Assembly: GCA_039208735.1 (NCBI GenBank)
Contig: JBCCQY010000011.1
Coordinates: 1 to 64,000, forward strand
Origin: Myxococcota bacterium
GTDB taxonomy: Bacteria; Myxococcota_A; UBA796; GCA-2862545
DNA length: 64,000 nt
Direction: 5' to 3'
The number at the start of each line of letters is the position of its first letter. Position 1 is the first letter of the stretch. The translations under genes were made by a program, and so were the position numbers. The notes below the pieces were generated by a model that worked only from the letters and a program-made list of their open reading frames with translations, had not been told where the DNA came from and did not search any database. Positions 1 to 9,786 of this stretch are shown here, piece after piece.

Positions 1-726
1 CCCGAGACCGCCACCCGGGCGCTCGACCCACTCCCGCAGTTCATCGACGACGAGCCCGAGCGGAAGCGCAACCGTCGTAAGGAACGAGACCGCGAGCCCG
101 AACCTGACCCCGCGCGGCTCGAGTTTGAGCCACCACCGCCACCCGTGGAATCCGAGCCCGCCGCCGATGGTGCCAAGATTGCTTCGGGCGAGATGGACCG
201 CTGGAGCAAGTCAGCTTTCGAAGGTCGGTTGTCACCGGGGTCGGCCGAGCGGCTGGCGGGTGTCGAGATCGATGATCCGCAGTTTACGCGGGCGCGCACC
301 CTGCTCTACCTCAACGCAAAGAAGCGGGGGCAGCTCGAGGAGCAGCGCGGCCACTTGCGTTTGCTAATGTCGGTACCGGAGAATCAGTACAATCCTGTGC
401 TGTTGGTCGAGCACGCCCGAGACGCGATCGAGCAAAAGCAGTACGGCGAGGCGCTTAAGCGGGCACAGGTTGCCGAGCAGCACTGGGCGCGTATGCCGTC
501 CTCACTGGTGTTCACGCGCAAGGCGTTGATCTACGAGATCGAAGCCAACGCTCACACGGGTCTGTTCTTCGCGAGCGAGGGGCGTGACGCGAACGAGTTG
601 CGCGGCGCGATCCGAGGATGGGAGAAGTTCCAGCGACACGTGGCCCGCAAGGGCCGCAACGACATGGCATCGCGGGCGGAGGAGCAGCTCCAACGCCTGC
701 GCGAGCTCGAGGAGCGTCTCAAGTGA
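1..726 (+). CDS. Hypothetical protein, 5'-truncated by the window edge; Pro/Glu-rich linker followed by a TPR-like helical C-terminal domain
   Basis: Frame 1 is open from base 1 (PETATRALDPLPQ...) to TGA 724-726; helical repeat-like segments such as HARDAIEQKQYGEALKRA. Confidence 0.7.
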   Translation, partial: PETATRALDPLPQFIDDEPERKRNRRKERDREPEPDPARLEFEPPPPPVESEPAADGAKIASGEMDRWSKSAFEGRLSPGSAERLAGVEIDDPQFTRARTLLYLNAKKRGQLEEQRGHLRLLMSVPENQYNPVLLVEHARDAIEQKQYGEALKRAQVAEQHWARMPSSLVFTRKALIYEIEANAHTGLFFASEGRDANELRGAIRGWEKFQRHVARKGRNDMASRAEEQLQRLRELEERLK

Positions 727-1154
727 CCTGGCTTCTGTTCGGGACAATGGCCTTTGCCGGCAAGCACGCCATCGTAGGTACCGTGGTCGACCGCAACGGG
801 GATCCGGTGCCGAGGGCCGTGATCTCTGTGAACGTCACGAGCAAGAAGCAGGCGAGCTTCAATGTGGCGTTGATGACGGACCGCCGTGGGACGTTCCGCG
901 TGGACTACCTAAGGCCCGAAGAGTCCGAGCGGCGCATCAAGTTGGCGAAACGCGCTGAGTACGACATCGAAGTGTTCAAGCCGGGTTTTCACCTCCACGA
1001 CACCAGCGTGTATTTTCGCAAGGGTGAGGTGGTGGTCGCTCCCATCACGCTCGTCGAAGAGACCATCGCCATTCAGGACCTTCCCGAGAACCTCGACCCG
1101 GCCGCGAATGCCGACGCCGCAACGTCAACCGGCGCCACATTCGAGTGGCAGTGA
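723..1154 (+). CDS. Exported protein with carboxypeptidase-regulatory-like (beta-sandwich) domain
   Basis: GTG overlaps the upstream stop (GTGA); short signal peptide, then IVGTVVDRNGDPVPRAVISV...TDRRGTF...YDIEVFKPGF. Confidence 0.7.
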   Translation: MTWLLFGTMAFAGKHAIVGTVVDRNGDPVPRAVISVNVTSKKQASFNVALMTDRRGTFRVDYLRPEESERRIKLAKRAEYDIEVFKPGFHLHDTSVYFRKGEVVVAPITLVEETIAIQDLPENLDPAANADAATSTGATFEWQ

Positions 1155-2467
1155 TTGGGTCCATGCTGGCGTTTGCCCTCGCGGCGTTGATCGGTTGCCG
1201 GTCTGGTTCGTCCGAGCCCGGGACCGATGTGCCCCTCGACGATCTGGGTTGGGTGGCAGACGTGGCTCAAACCCCGCAGCGCTTTGCCACCTTGATGAGC
1301 CAGGGGCGGGAGGGGTGGGTTTCGCTCCACGCTCACGATTACAGAAGCGCCGTCAAGGCATTCGGCGCTCCTGGCTCGGGACGGTTCCGGGCTCAACTCG
1401 CGTTGGCCACGTTCTATGACGATTTGGCTCGCCTTACCGGCTTTGGAACTGGCGAGTTGTTCGACGCGTGGAAGGAACGCGGATCCCTTCCGAAGGGTCC
1501 CGAAGCTCCCCTGATCGCAGCGTTGGCTGCGTCCTGCGCGGACCGTGATCCGGCCGGATGGGCGACTCAGGTGACCTCGGGTCCAGATCTCGCATTGGCG
1601 CAACGTCTTCGGGCTGGCGATTCGCCCATGACGACCGATCGGGCAGACACCCCCGTGGGCCAGCGAATGGCCCTGCACGCTGGGGTTCGGGCGGGCGACC
1701 GTGCCCCCGAGGCCTTGCTTCGCGAGGCGGCAGAGCCCCTGCTTGTTAAGGATGAAGGCGATTTTCGCCGGGAGTACTGGGACCCCTGCGTGGCTCCCAC
1801 GTTGGCCGAACGGGCCATGGCGGACACGTTGGCAAGTCTCGAGGCGATGGGGGGGGCCGCTGCCTTGGTGGAAACAGGCTTGGCGGCAACCCTGTTTGCA
1901 AGCTGGCCACGACGCGAAGACGTTCGCCGGGTGTTGGGTGAAGAGGGAATCCCCCTCGACGAACGCGTGCGAGGTCTGGGCGCAGCGAGTGCGCTGCTCG
2001 ATCGTTTGGGCCCCATCAACGAAGATTCCGATGATGTGGATTCGGCCAAAGACTGGCTTCGTCGTTTAGATCGTGCGCTTGACCACTGGGGCGAGCAGTT
2101 GCGGAACCAGATCGATGATGACGGCCGAGCGCTCCTTGCCGACCTGCAGCTGATAGGACGCCTTCGCCAGGAGGTCGTGATCGTGCAGGCACGGGAGGCG
2201 CTTCGCAGAGGGCATCCCCGCCAGGCGTGGGCGATGTTGGAGCAAGCCCGCGATCCGAGTGAGGGCCTCGGTCCGGCAAATCCTCCGGCCCTTTATGCGT
2301 TGTTGGCCGAGGCCCACCTGCGGCTCGGACGTACACGTGAGGCGATGGATGCGGTGCAGCCTCTGGTTGAGGTTTGGCCCGTACTCCAAGGAACCCGAGA
2401 GACCCTCGGAGATTGGGCGGTCCTGAAGGGACTCGATCGGCGCGGCGACAGCAAGGAGAATCCGTGA
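1151..2467 (+). CDS. Putative lipoprotein with C-terminal TPR-like repeats
   Basis: Lipobox-like LAALIGC; C-terminal ALLAEAHLRLGRTREAMDAV; GTGA overlaps at both ends. Confidence 0.65.
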   Translation: MIGSMLAFALAALIGCRSGSSEPGTDVPLDDLGWVADVAQTPQRFATLMSQGREGWVSLHAHDYRSAVKAFGAPGSGRFRAQLALATFYDDLARLTGFGTGELFDAWKERGSLPKGPEAPLIAALAASCADRDPAGWATQVTSGPDLALAQRLRAGDSPMTTDRADTPVGQRMALHAGVRAGDRAPEALLREAAEPLLVKDEGDFRREYWDPCVAPTLAERAMADTLASLEAMGGAAALVETGLAATLFASWPRREDVRRVLGEEGIPLDERVRGLGAASALLDRLGPINEDSDDVDSAKDWLRRLDRALDHWGEQLRNQIDDDGRALLADLQLIGRLRQEVVIVQAREALRRGHPRQAWAMLEQARDPSEGLGPANPPALYALLAEAHLRLGRTREAMDAVQPLVEVWPVLQGTRETLGDWAVLKGLDRRGDSKENP

Positions 2468-3975
2468 TTGCGTTTGCCATGGGGCTTTTGGTAGCGGGAC
2501 TCAGCACGGCGCAGGGTGCTCCCATGCGCTACGCCGAGGACCGTGCGCCCGCCATCGTCAACCCGCTCTTCGCCACCACGATGAGCGAAGCGCGAATCGA
2601 CGAATTGGTCTTCGATGGGTTGTTCAGCGATGACCAGGAGCTGCGGTCTGTGCCGCGCTTGGTGCAGTCGTTCGAGCTGGCTGCGGATCAACAGTCGATG
2701 ACGCTCCGTTTGCGGCAAGACATTGCGTGGCATGACGGGCAGCCGTTCGACTCGGGCGATGTCGTTTTCTCGATCAACGCGTACCGCGACAAGGGCACCG
2801 CTTCGAGCGAAGCAGGTCGCGTGGCGTGGATTGCGAAGGCCGAGGCGATGAGCCCGCACGTCGTGCGGCTCCAGTTCGTGAAGCCCGAGTACGCTCCGCA
2901 GGACAAGCTGCACTTCAAGATCTTGCCTGAGCACAAGTTTTCATCGACCACGGTGAAGCGGAGTGACCCGTTCCGGGCCCGACCCGTAGGCACCGGTCCC
3001 TTCAAGGTCGAATCGTTCAACGACGACAACTCGGTCTCCATGTCGCGGCATATGCAGCGTTGGGATCCCGCCGGCATCGAAGAGATGGTGATGCGCGAGG
3101 TGTCGGACAAGAACTACCAGGCCAAGCTCTTGGTCTACGAGAGCCTCGAGGCGCTGATTCGGGTGCTTCCCCGCGACCTTGCGACGCTGCAGAACGACCG
3201 GAAGATCGAGCTTCATCCTTACCAAACGAATTCTTGGTGGTACTTCGGGCTCAATGAGCGCCGGGCTCCGTTTGGGGATGTGCGGGTTCGCCAGGCCATC
3301 GCGCTCATGATGGATGTCGACAAGCTGCTCAAGCCGATTGGCACCGGGGACCGGGTGAGTGGACCGTTCGTCACGAGTTCGCCCTTCTACAACCACGACG
3401 TTCCGCTCCTTCCGCACGATCCCAACAAGGCAGCAACGCTGCTGAAGTCGGCTGGTTTCAAGTTTGACGGTGAAAACTGGAAGCAGCCCAACGGCAAGCC
3501 GCTTACGATCAAGCTGGTCACGTTGTCGAACCTCGAGGCGGCCCAGGATGTGGTCATCAACGTGCAGTCGCAGCTGCAGAACCAGGGCGTCAAGGTCGAA
3601 CCCGAGTTTCTCGGAATGGCGGAGTATCGGGCTCGAATCTGGGGAAATCAGGACTTTGATATGCTGTTGTCGCAGTGGTCCTTCGACCGCAGCGAAGACA
3701 TCTTTGAGCAGTTCCACTCTCGCGGTTCGCGCAATTTCACGGGCTTTTCGGACGCAACGACCGACAAGCTGCTCGAACAGGCTCGCGGCACCACGGACCC
3801 ACAGCGCAAAAAGGCGCTCATGCGGCAGGCCCACCGTCAGATTTCTGCGGGTCAGCCCATGGTGTTTCTCTGGACCCTCGACAGCTACGCCGCGATGTCC
3901 ACGCGGGTGAAATCCGTGACCATCCACCCGTTCTACTTCTTCACATGGGCCTCTGATTGGAAGCTCACACGCTGA
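2464..3975 (+). CDS. ABC transporter substrate-binding protein, family 5 (OppA/DppA-like)
   Basis: Signal peptide; LRQDIAWHDGQPFDSGDVVFS, PVGTGPF, DVRVRQAI motifs. Confidence 0.92.
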   Translation: MIAFAMGLLVAGLSTAQGAPMRYAEDRAPAIVNPLFATTMSEARIDELVFDGLFSDDQELRSVPRLVQSFELAADQQSMTLRLRQDIAWHDGQPFDSGDVVFSINAYRDKGTASSEAGRVAWIAKAEAMSPHVVRLQFVKPEYAPQDKLHFKILPEHKFSSTTVKRSDPFRARPVGTGPFKVESFNDDNSVSMSRHMQRWDPAGIEEMVMREVSDKNYQAKLLVYESLEALIRVLPRDLATLQNDRKIELHPYQTNSWWYFGLNERRAPFGDVRVRQAIALMMDVDKLLKPIGTGDRVSGPFVTSSPFYNHDVPLLPHDPNKAATLLKSAGFKFDGENWKQPNGKPLTIKLVTLSNLEAAQDVVINVQSQLQNQGVKVEPEFLGMAEYRARIWGNQDFDMLLSQWSFDRSEDIFEQFHSRGSRNFTGFSDATTDKLLEQARGTTDPQRKKALMRQAHRQISAGQPMVFLWTLDSYAAMSTRVKSVTIHPFYFFTWASDWKLTR

Positions 3976-4913
3976 AGGTCGGGCTGTCCGTCCTTCGTAC
4001 GGTCGGACAGTTTGTGGCCACCCTTGCCGGCGCGATGGCCTTCGTTCTCGCGCTGCTCGTGACAGCACCTGGCGACCCTGTCGACCTCATTCCAAACGGG
4101 GCGGAACTCCGTCCTCAACTTGAGGTCGAGTGGGGGCTCGACCAGCCTGCTCCGGTGCGGTTTGTGCGCTTTGCGCGGCGACTCGTGCTGCTCGACTGGG
4201 GCCAATCGCTGTCGTACCGTCCTGGTGCGCGGGTGTGGGATGTGGTGCAGGGACCTGCCGCCAGCTCCGTCGGACTCGCCGCGGCCGGGCTTGGGTTTGC
4301 GTTGCTCTGGGGAACGGGCTTGGCGTTTGTCACGGTGCGGGGGCAGCGTCGGGTTCGGCTTGCCGTCCAGGCGGGGAGCATCATCCCGCTGTTCCTGCTC
4401 GCCCACGGCCTTGTCACGGTGTTCAACGAGTCCGCCTTTGCGCTGATGGAGGAGGGCCTCATTGCGCGGCCCGAGTGGTTTGCCTTGCCGGACCAGCCCT
4501 CGCTTCTTCGCACAACGATGGCCATCGTCCTGCTCGCGGTCGCCTCGGGCACCCTCGCCGAGACCCATGCGCAAATCCACGATGCGTTGGCGCGCATTGA
4601 GTCGAGTCCCTACATCGACGCCGCGCGAGCACGTGGGGCCCCCTTGTGGCCTCACATTTGGCGGAATCTCATCCCGGAACTCGCCGCCACCGCGTCGGAA
4701 CGGGTGGCGTTCGTGGTGGGCGGGGTGGTGATCGCCGAGAAGGTGCTGTTGCTAAACGGCTTAGGAGCTGTGCTTTGGGAAGCCGCGAAACTGCGAGATT
4801 ACGACCTTGCGTTGGTCATTGCGCTACTGTCGGCCGCGTTTGTAGGGTCGATCCGGGTTGGGGCCGAGGTGGTCCGGGTCTCCTTGGATCCTAGGCTCCG
4901 AGAGAACGCATGA
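3957..4913 (+). CDS. Peptide/nickel ABC transporter permease (OppB-like)
   Basis: APGDPV, WGLDQP, DWGQSL, EAA-type loop YIDAARARG, GLG...RDY; start uncertain. Confidence 0.88.
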   Translation: MEAHTLKVGLSVLRTVGQFVATLAGAMAFVLALLVTAPGDPVDLIPNGAELRPQLEVEWGLDQPAPVRFVRFARRLVLLDWGQSLSYRPGARVWDVVQGPAASSVGLAAAGLGFALLWGTGLAFVTVRGQRRVRLAVQAGSIIPLFLLAHGLVTVFNESAFALMEEGLIARPEWFALPDQPSLLRTTMAIVLLAVASGTLAETHAQIHDALARIESSPYIDAARARGAPLWPHIWRNLIPELAATASERVAFVVGGVVIAEKVLLLNGLGAVLWEAAKLRDYDLALVIALLSAAFVGSIRVGAEVVRVSLDPRLRENA

Positions 4914-5752
4914 CATCGGTGGCCATGGTCTTGGCGGTTCTTCGCGTTCGGCTTCAGCGCCTGTCGCCATCGGCGGGGCTCGGTTTCGGGCTTCTCGCCC
5001 TGATTGTGCTTGCCGCCCTGTTGTCACCGTTGTCTGGCTACCCGGTGGGGGCCGATGTCGATGCCACGGCGCGCGACCTTTCGCCGAGTGCTGCCCACTG
5101 GATGGGCACCGATCACCTTGGACGGGACGTGTTCTGGCGGTGGGTCCTCGCATCCCGGGCGTTCGTAGGGCCGGGTTTTGCCGCGGTGGGGCTTGCCTTG
5201 TCCATCGGAGTGTCGCTCGGGGCGTGGGCCGGCTTCGTGGGGGGCGTCGTGAGCAACGCCATCCGCTTTGTGTTGGGGTCGGTGGCCAGCTTGCCAACGT
5301 TGGTCTTCGTGCTGCTGTTCTGCACGATTTACGGCGCGGGCACCTGGCAACTGGCCACCTCTGCGGGCATCGCGGCGGCGCCGGCCATCGCCCAGACGGT
5401 GCACGACCGCGTGGACGCATTGAAACGGTCCGAATTTGTGTTGGCCGCCCAGGCACACGGGGTTCCTCTGGGACGGCTATTGCTCGCACATCTCGTGGGC
5501 GCCGGTGCGGGCCCGGCCATCGTGCGACAGGGGCTTGCAACGTTCGGTCAGTTCGTTGTTCTGGAATGCACGCTGTCGTACCTGGGCGGCTTCGGGGTGC
5601 CCGAGCCCCAACCGTCGTGGGGGAACATGCTCGTGTTCGATTGGGGACGGACGTTGGGCCTTTCCGTCACTGCGCCAGCCTTGGCGATCTGGGCCACCGT
5701 TGCCGCGACTGTGGCGGCGGGGACAGCGTTTGCGGAGGAGGAGGATGGCTGA
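4910..5752 (+). CDS. Peptide/nickel ABC transporter permease (OppC-like)
   Basis: HWMGTDHLGRDVF, EFVLAAQAHG, LSYLGGFG, PSWGNML. Confidence 0.9.
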   Translation: MTSVAMVLAVLRVRLQRLSPSAGLGFGLLALIVLAALLSPLSGYPVGADVDATARDLSPSAAHWMGTDHLGRDVFWRWVLASRAFVGPGFAAVGLALSIGVSLGAWAGFVGGVVSNAIRFVLGSVASLPTLVFVLLFCTIYGAGTWQLATSAGIAAAPAIAQTVHDRVDALKRSEFVLAAQAHGVPLGRLLLAHLVGAGAGPAIVRQGLATFGQFVVLECTLSYLGGFGVPEPQPSWGNMLVFDWGRTLGLSVTAPALAIWATVAATVAAGTAFAEEEDG

Positions 5753-6536
5753 CCAGATCCGACTTCGGAACCTTCGCATCGAAGCGGCAGGACGGTTGCT
5801 GGTCGACGATGTGGCGTTGACCTGCACCGCCGGCGAACTGCTCGCCGTCGTGGGCGCGAGCGGCTCGGGCAAGACGCTCACGTGCCGGGCCCTGCTGGGC
5901 TTGGTCGACCTGCAGCCAGGGGTCGTTCAAGCCGATCTCACGATCATGGCCGATCAGGTCCGTCATCGGCCCTATCAGTACGCCATTGGGGTGGGGCGAA
6001 CGGCCAGGGACCGGTCGTTTCGGTCGGTTCGCGGTGATGTGGTGGGCTACCTGCCACAGCAAGCCGGCGCGGCGCTGGACCCCCTCGAGCGCGTGGGGCC
6101 TCAAGTGGCGCGCGCCGCTCAATTGGGGGGCAACGATCCGGATCCCACCGAATGGCTCGGCCAGGCTGGTTTCTCCGAGTCTGATCGGCAAAGCGTGGTG
6201 GACCGGTTTCCCCATGAACTGTCCGGCGGCATGGCCCAACGCGTGGCGATCGCTCAATTGTTAGCTCGAGGAAGCCGCTTCGTGGTGGCGGATGAACCGA
6301 TGACCGGACTCGATGCACCCGTGCAGCAGCGTCTCGCCCGTCGGTTCCGAGGCCTTGCCGAACGTGGTCTGGGCGTCATCATCGTCACGCACGACTTGTC
6401 GCTCGTCCATGCCATTGCGGACCGGGTGCTCTTGGTGGACCGCGGACGCATTGCGGAAGTGTGGTCTCGAACCCAGATCGAAGCGCGAACGGCCAGTACG
6501 GCTGCGGGCTTGCGATTGCTGAGGGCCATGCCATGA
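5745..6536 (+). CDS. ABC transporter ATP-binding protein (OppD-like)
   Basis: Walker A GASGSGKT, signature FPHELSGGMAQR, Walker B VVADEP, THD; GGAGGAGG upstream of ATG 5745. Confidence 0.92.
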   Translation: MADQIRLRNLRIEAAGRLLVDDVALTCTAGELLAVVGASGSGKTLTCRALLGLVDLQPGVVQADLTIMADQVRHRPYQYAIGVGRTARDRSFRSVRGDVVGYLPQQAGAALDPLERVGPQVARAAQLGGNDPDPTEWLGQAGFSESDRQSVVDRFPHELSGGMAQRVAIAQLLARGSRFVVADEPMTGLDAPVQQRLARRFRGLAERGLGVIIVTHDLSLVHAIADRVLLVDRGRIAEVWSRTQIEARTASTAAGLRLLRAMP

Positions 6537-7309
6537 TCTGGCAACTCGAAGGAATCACCAAGCACTACGATCGAGGACGGTTCCCGTTTCGTGAGTCCTG
6601 GACGGTGCTCGACGAGATTGACCTGGGTGTGGTGGCCGGTGAACGCGTGGCGGTGGTCGGACCTTCGGGTTCCGGCAAGTCCACCCTCATCCGCTGCGGT
6701 TTGCAGCTGATTCCACGAACGTCGGGCCGCATTCAGCTGTTTGGTGAATCGACGGAAGGGTGGAGTCGAGCCCAGTGGCGTGCAATTCGTCGTCGTGTGC
6801 AGCTTCTCGTTCAAAACCCTCGGGCGATGTTGCACCCAGAGGTTCCGGTAGGTGCCTTGCTCACCGAAAGCGCCTCTCTGCACGGCCATGAGCAACCGCA
6901 GATGGCGGCGGAGCAAGCCCTGCAAGAGGTCGGCCTTGGCGGACGAGGAGCGTCCTTGCCTCGGCAGCTCTCGGGCGGTGAACAACGCCGAGTGGGGCTC
7001 GCCCGCGTGTTGCTCGCAAAGCCTGAACTGCTGGTGGTCGATGAGCCGACGGCGGGCCTCGACGCGGCGGTCAAACGCGACATGCTGGACCTCATGTTGG
7101 CCCGGGCGACCCACGCGGCAGTGGTCATGGTCAGCCACGACCTGAAGACGGTAGCGCGCGTCTGCCATCGGGTGGTCGTCCTCGCCGAAGGACGCGTTGT
7201 CGAGCAATTCCGCACCCGTGATGTGGACGCGTCTTTTGCCCCTTCCCACCCCGTGACGGCCGAACTGCTCGGCGCGGCCGGCCTCTTGCCTTCGGAGGTC
7301 GTCTCGTGA
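6533..7309 (+). CDS. ABC transporter ATP-binding protein (OppF-like)
   Basis: GPSGSGKS, LSGGEQRR, VVDEPTAGLD, SHD, HPVT; ATGA overlap with upstream gene. Confidence 0.92.
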   Translation: MIWQLEGITKHYDRGRFPFRESWTVLDEIDLGVVAGERVAVVGPSGSGKSTLIRCGLQLIPRTSGRIQLFGESTEGWSRAQWRAIRRRVQLLVQNPRAMLHPEVPVGALLTESASLHGHEQPQMAAEQALQEVGLGGRGASLPRQLSGGEQRRVGLARVLLAKPELLVVDEPTAGLDAAVKRDMLDLMLARATHAAVVMVSHDLKTVARVCHRVVVLAEGRVVEQFRTRDVDASFAPSHPVTAELLGAAGLLPSEVVS

Positions 7310-8325
7310 TGACGACGTACCTCGCCTTCCTTGCCGTTGCGGTCGCAGCGGACTTCGATAGCGTGATGGATCAAGCACGCTTCTTCCTCGAGCGAGAGCA
7401 GCTTGCAGACGCCCAGGAGCAGCTTGAGGTCGCCGTGACGACCTTGCCGGGGAGCCGGGATGCGGAGACCTGGTTCCTACTGGCGAAGATTCACTACGAA
7501 CGAGGGCAGCTCGATGCGGCGACCGAGGCTGCGAATCGCGCGAGAATCTTCAGTCGGACGCCCTCAGAGCTGAGCCAAACGCAAGAACTTTACGCGTTCT
7601 TCCAAGGTCGCTTTGGGATGATGACCATCGCGGGTCCCGAGGGCCAACGCACGGCGGTCGATCTTCAACAAACCAGCAATCAGTTGGATCCCGAGTTGAA
7701 GGCCTACGTTTCGCGATGGCGGACCCGGCTTGCTGACGACGAAGTGGCGTTGCCCTTTTCCCTCGGCGTTCCGGTTGGAAGCTACGCGGTCAATGGGCAG
7801 TCGGTCGACATCGAAGCTGGCGAGACCACCGTGGTTGAAGGGGCCGTCGTAGACGCTTCGGGATTCGATGCCCTCACCATCGATCTTTCGGCCGGCGGAT
7901 TGGGGTGGGCTACCGATCAGCCGCTCCTCGCCTCGGGCCTGGCGGAGTTGGCGGTCACCGTGCCATTCCGAGGGTGGATTGCGGGGCTGGTGGGCCAAGT
8001 AACGGCGCAGCGGTTCGGTGAGGAGGTCGTCGAGACAGGGATCGGGGGCTCGGTCGGCCTTCGGGCTGGTCGACGCTTCCGCATTGGGCATCCCTGGGTG
8101 CTCATTCCAGCCCTCGATTTGCGCGCGGGACGGGTACCGGGGGTGGATTCTTCGGCTCTGTTTGTCGGACCTCAAGTTCAAGCCAGCTACCGGCGCACCG
8201 CGCACTGGTCCGTAGGCTTTACGATCGCAGGGGAGCGCGTCGTCGGGTCATTTCCTGCGAATCCCGATGGGGGATTTGGGGCGTGGATGTGGCGATTGTC
8301 CACTTCGGTGGGGTATCGGCGGTAG
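7306..8325 (+). CDS. Exported protein with N-terminal TPR and C-terminal beta-strand-rich (possible outer-membrane barrel) region
   Basis: Signal peptide; DAETWFLLAKIHYERGQLDAA; amphipathic Gly/aromatic strands ending WRLSTSVGYRR. Confidence 0.6.
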   Translation: MMTTYLAFLAVAVAADFDSVMDQARFFLEREQLADAQEQLEVAVTTLPGSRDAETWFLLAKIHYERGQLDAATEAANRARIFSRTPSELSQTQELYAFFQGRFGMMTIAGPEGQRTAVDLQQTSNQLDPELKAYVSRWRTRLADDEVALPFSLGVPVGSYAVNGQSVDIEAGETTVVEGAVVDASGFDALTIDLSAGGLGWATDQPLLASGLAELAVTVPFRGWIAGLVGQVTAQRFGEEVVETGIGGSVGLRAGRRFRIGHPWVLIPALDLRAGRVPGVDSSALFVGPQVQASYRRTAHWSVGFTIAGERVVGSFPANPDGGFGAWMWRLSTSVGYRR

Positions 8326-8366
8326 CGAGCGGGCGATCGTCGTTTAGGCGGACGATTTCGGGCTCG
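8326..8366 (+). terminator. Imperfect hairpin immediately after the ABC operon
   Basis: CGAGC...ATCGTC...GACGAT...GCTCG nested inverted repeats; no U-tract. Confidence 0.3.
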
Positions 8367-8424
8367 CACAGGTTCCGAGATTGACCTATGCTGGCTTCTT
8401 CAAGGATCCTCCACCCTTCCCTCC

Positions 8425-9357
8425 ATGCTTCCCCTCTTTCACCATGATTTGATCGTCGCGCCGCTCGGCTCCGGGTCGCGCGGCAACTGCACCTACGTGG
8501 GCAGTGCCGCCCACGGGCTTCTTGTGGATTGCGGTCTCTCCACTCGGCAGGTGTTGTTGCGGCTAGAGGCGGTGGGCCTCGACCAGGCCCGCATCGACGG
8601 GGTCTTGGTGACCCACGAACATTCCGACCACGTGGGTGCGGCGCGCATTTTGTCCCGGCGGCTTCATGAGCGGCAGGGGTCTGCGGTGCCGTTCTTTTTG
8701 ACGCGCGGCACCGAGGCGAGCCTCAATCCTCGCTGCCGACCTGAGCACCACAGGCTGATCGTGGCCGGTCAACCGTTTCGTGTCGGGCCGTTTGAGGTCA
8801 CCCCCACCCGCGTCCCGCACGATGTGCTCGATCCGGTGGCTTACTTGGTGGGCTACCGAGGCCGCTATGCGTTTGTGGTTACCGATTTGGGGCGGTCGAC
8901 ACGCCTGATCGAACGTCAGCTTTCGCAGGCGCATCTCGCCGTTGTGGAATTCAATCACGACCTGGAGATGTTGCTCGACGGTCCGTACCCGTGGTCATTG
9001 AAGCAGCGCGTGCGCGGAAACCATGGCCACCTGTCCAACGAACAAGCCGCGGATCTGGTGGCCAACGGCGCAAGTGATCGACTGAAACACCTGTTGCTCG
9101 CTCACCTCTCCGACGACAACAATCTTCCGGAGCGGGCGCTCGATGCCGCACATCGGGCATTGCATCGAGCGGGTCTCGACGGGGTCCAGGTTCAGGTGGC
9201 TCCTCAGGAGCGCCCTGCGACGCCAGCTGAGATTGAAGCCACGGAAGTTTTGCCATCCGTCAGACCAAAGAAGGGCAAGAGTCGGCGACGCAACTTACCT
9301 TTGGTCGACTCCGAGCCACGAATTCAGCTTCCGCTGTTCATGCGGAGCCCTGGATGA
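8425..9357 (+). CDS. MBL-fold metallo-hydrolase (YycJ/WalJ-like)
   Basis: LGSGSRGN, THEHSDH, TDLG, EFNHD, YPWSLKQRV..NHGHLSN, LAHLS..NN. Confidence 0.88.
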   Translation: MLPLFHHDLIVAPLGSGSRGNCTYVGSAAHGLLVDCGLSTRQVLLRLEAVGLDQARIDGVLVTHEHSDHVGAARILSRRLHERQGSAVPFFLTRGTEASLNPRCRPEHHRLIVAGQPFRVGPFEVTPTRVPHDVLDPVAYLVGYRGRYAFVVTDLGRSTRLIERQLSQAHLAVVEFNHDLEMLLDGPYPWSLKQRVRGNHGHLSNEQAADLVANGASDRLKHLLLAHLSDDNNLPERALDAAHRALHRAGLDGVQVQVAPQERPATPAEIEATEVLPSVRPKKGKSRRRNLPLVDSEPRIQLPLFMRSPG

Positions 9358-9431
9358 CGGTGTCGATCATTGGGCGCTGTCGGCTCTGAGTCCGTTTCTG
9401 AGCATGTCGCTGGCGCCCAATGTCGTTGCCG
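9358..9431. terminator. Long hairpin between convergent genes (possible bidirectional terminator)
   Basis: Perfect 10-bp inverted repeat CATTGGGCGC (9368-9377) / GCGCCCAATG (9413-9422) with extendable flanks. Confidence 0.4.
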
Positions 9432-9443
9432 ACCCGAGATGAA

Positions 9444-9761
9444 CTAGGGGGTCGGCGTAAGTAGCGGGTTGCCCGTGAGGCCCTCAGGCGTGGTGTCGTC
9501 CACCGGTGCGTCGGTGCTGAGCACGCTGGCCGAGACCCAGCCATAGCGGGTGCCTTTCTTGATGCGGACACGGTCACCGCTCGTAACGATCAGCTCTACC
9601 TCGTCGCCCTTAAAGAGCTGGGGCCCCTTGGCTTCTTGGTCGTACTCGAAGAACCGATCCGATTCGACGTCTTCGACCAACCAACGGGACTCACCCTTGT
9701 TGCCGAGAAGTAAGGGACTTTGGGCGTAACTGAGGGTGGACACCAGCAAGGCGAGCCACAT
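9444..9761 (-). CDS. Small exported protein, SH3b-like
   Basis: Strong RBS AAAGGAGG; signal peptide; GDEVELIVTSGDRVRIKKGTRYGWV. Confidence 0.65.
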   Translation of the reverse strand: MWLALLVSTLSYAQSPLLLGNKGESRWLVEDVESDRFFEYDQEAKGPQLFKGDEVELIVTSGDRVRIKKGTRYGWVSASVLSTDAPVDDTTPEGLTGNPLLTPTP

Positions 9762-9786
9762 GGCAAATCCTCCTTTGTTTACTGGC

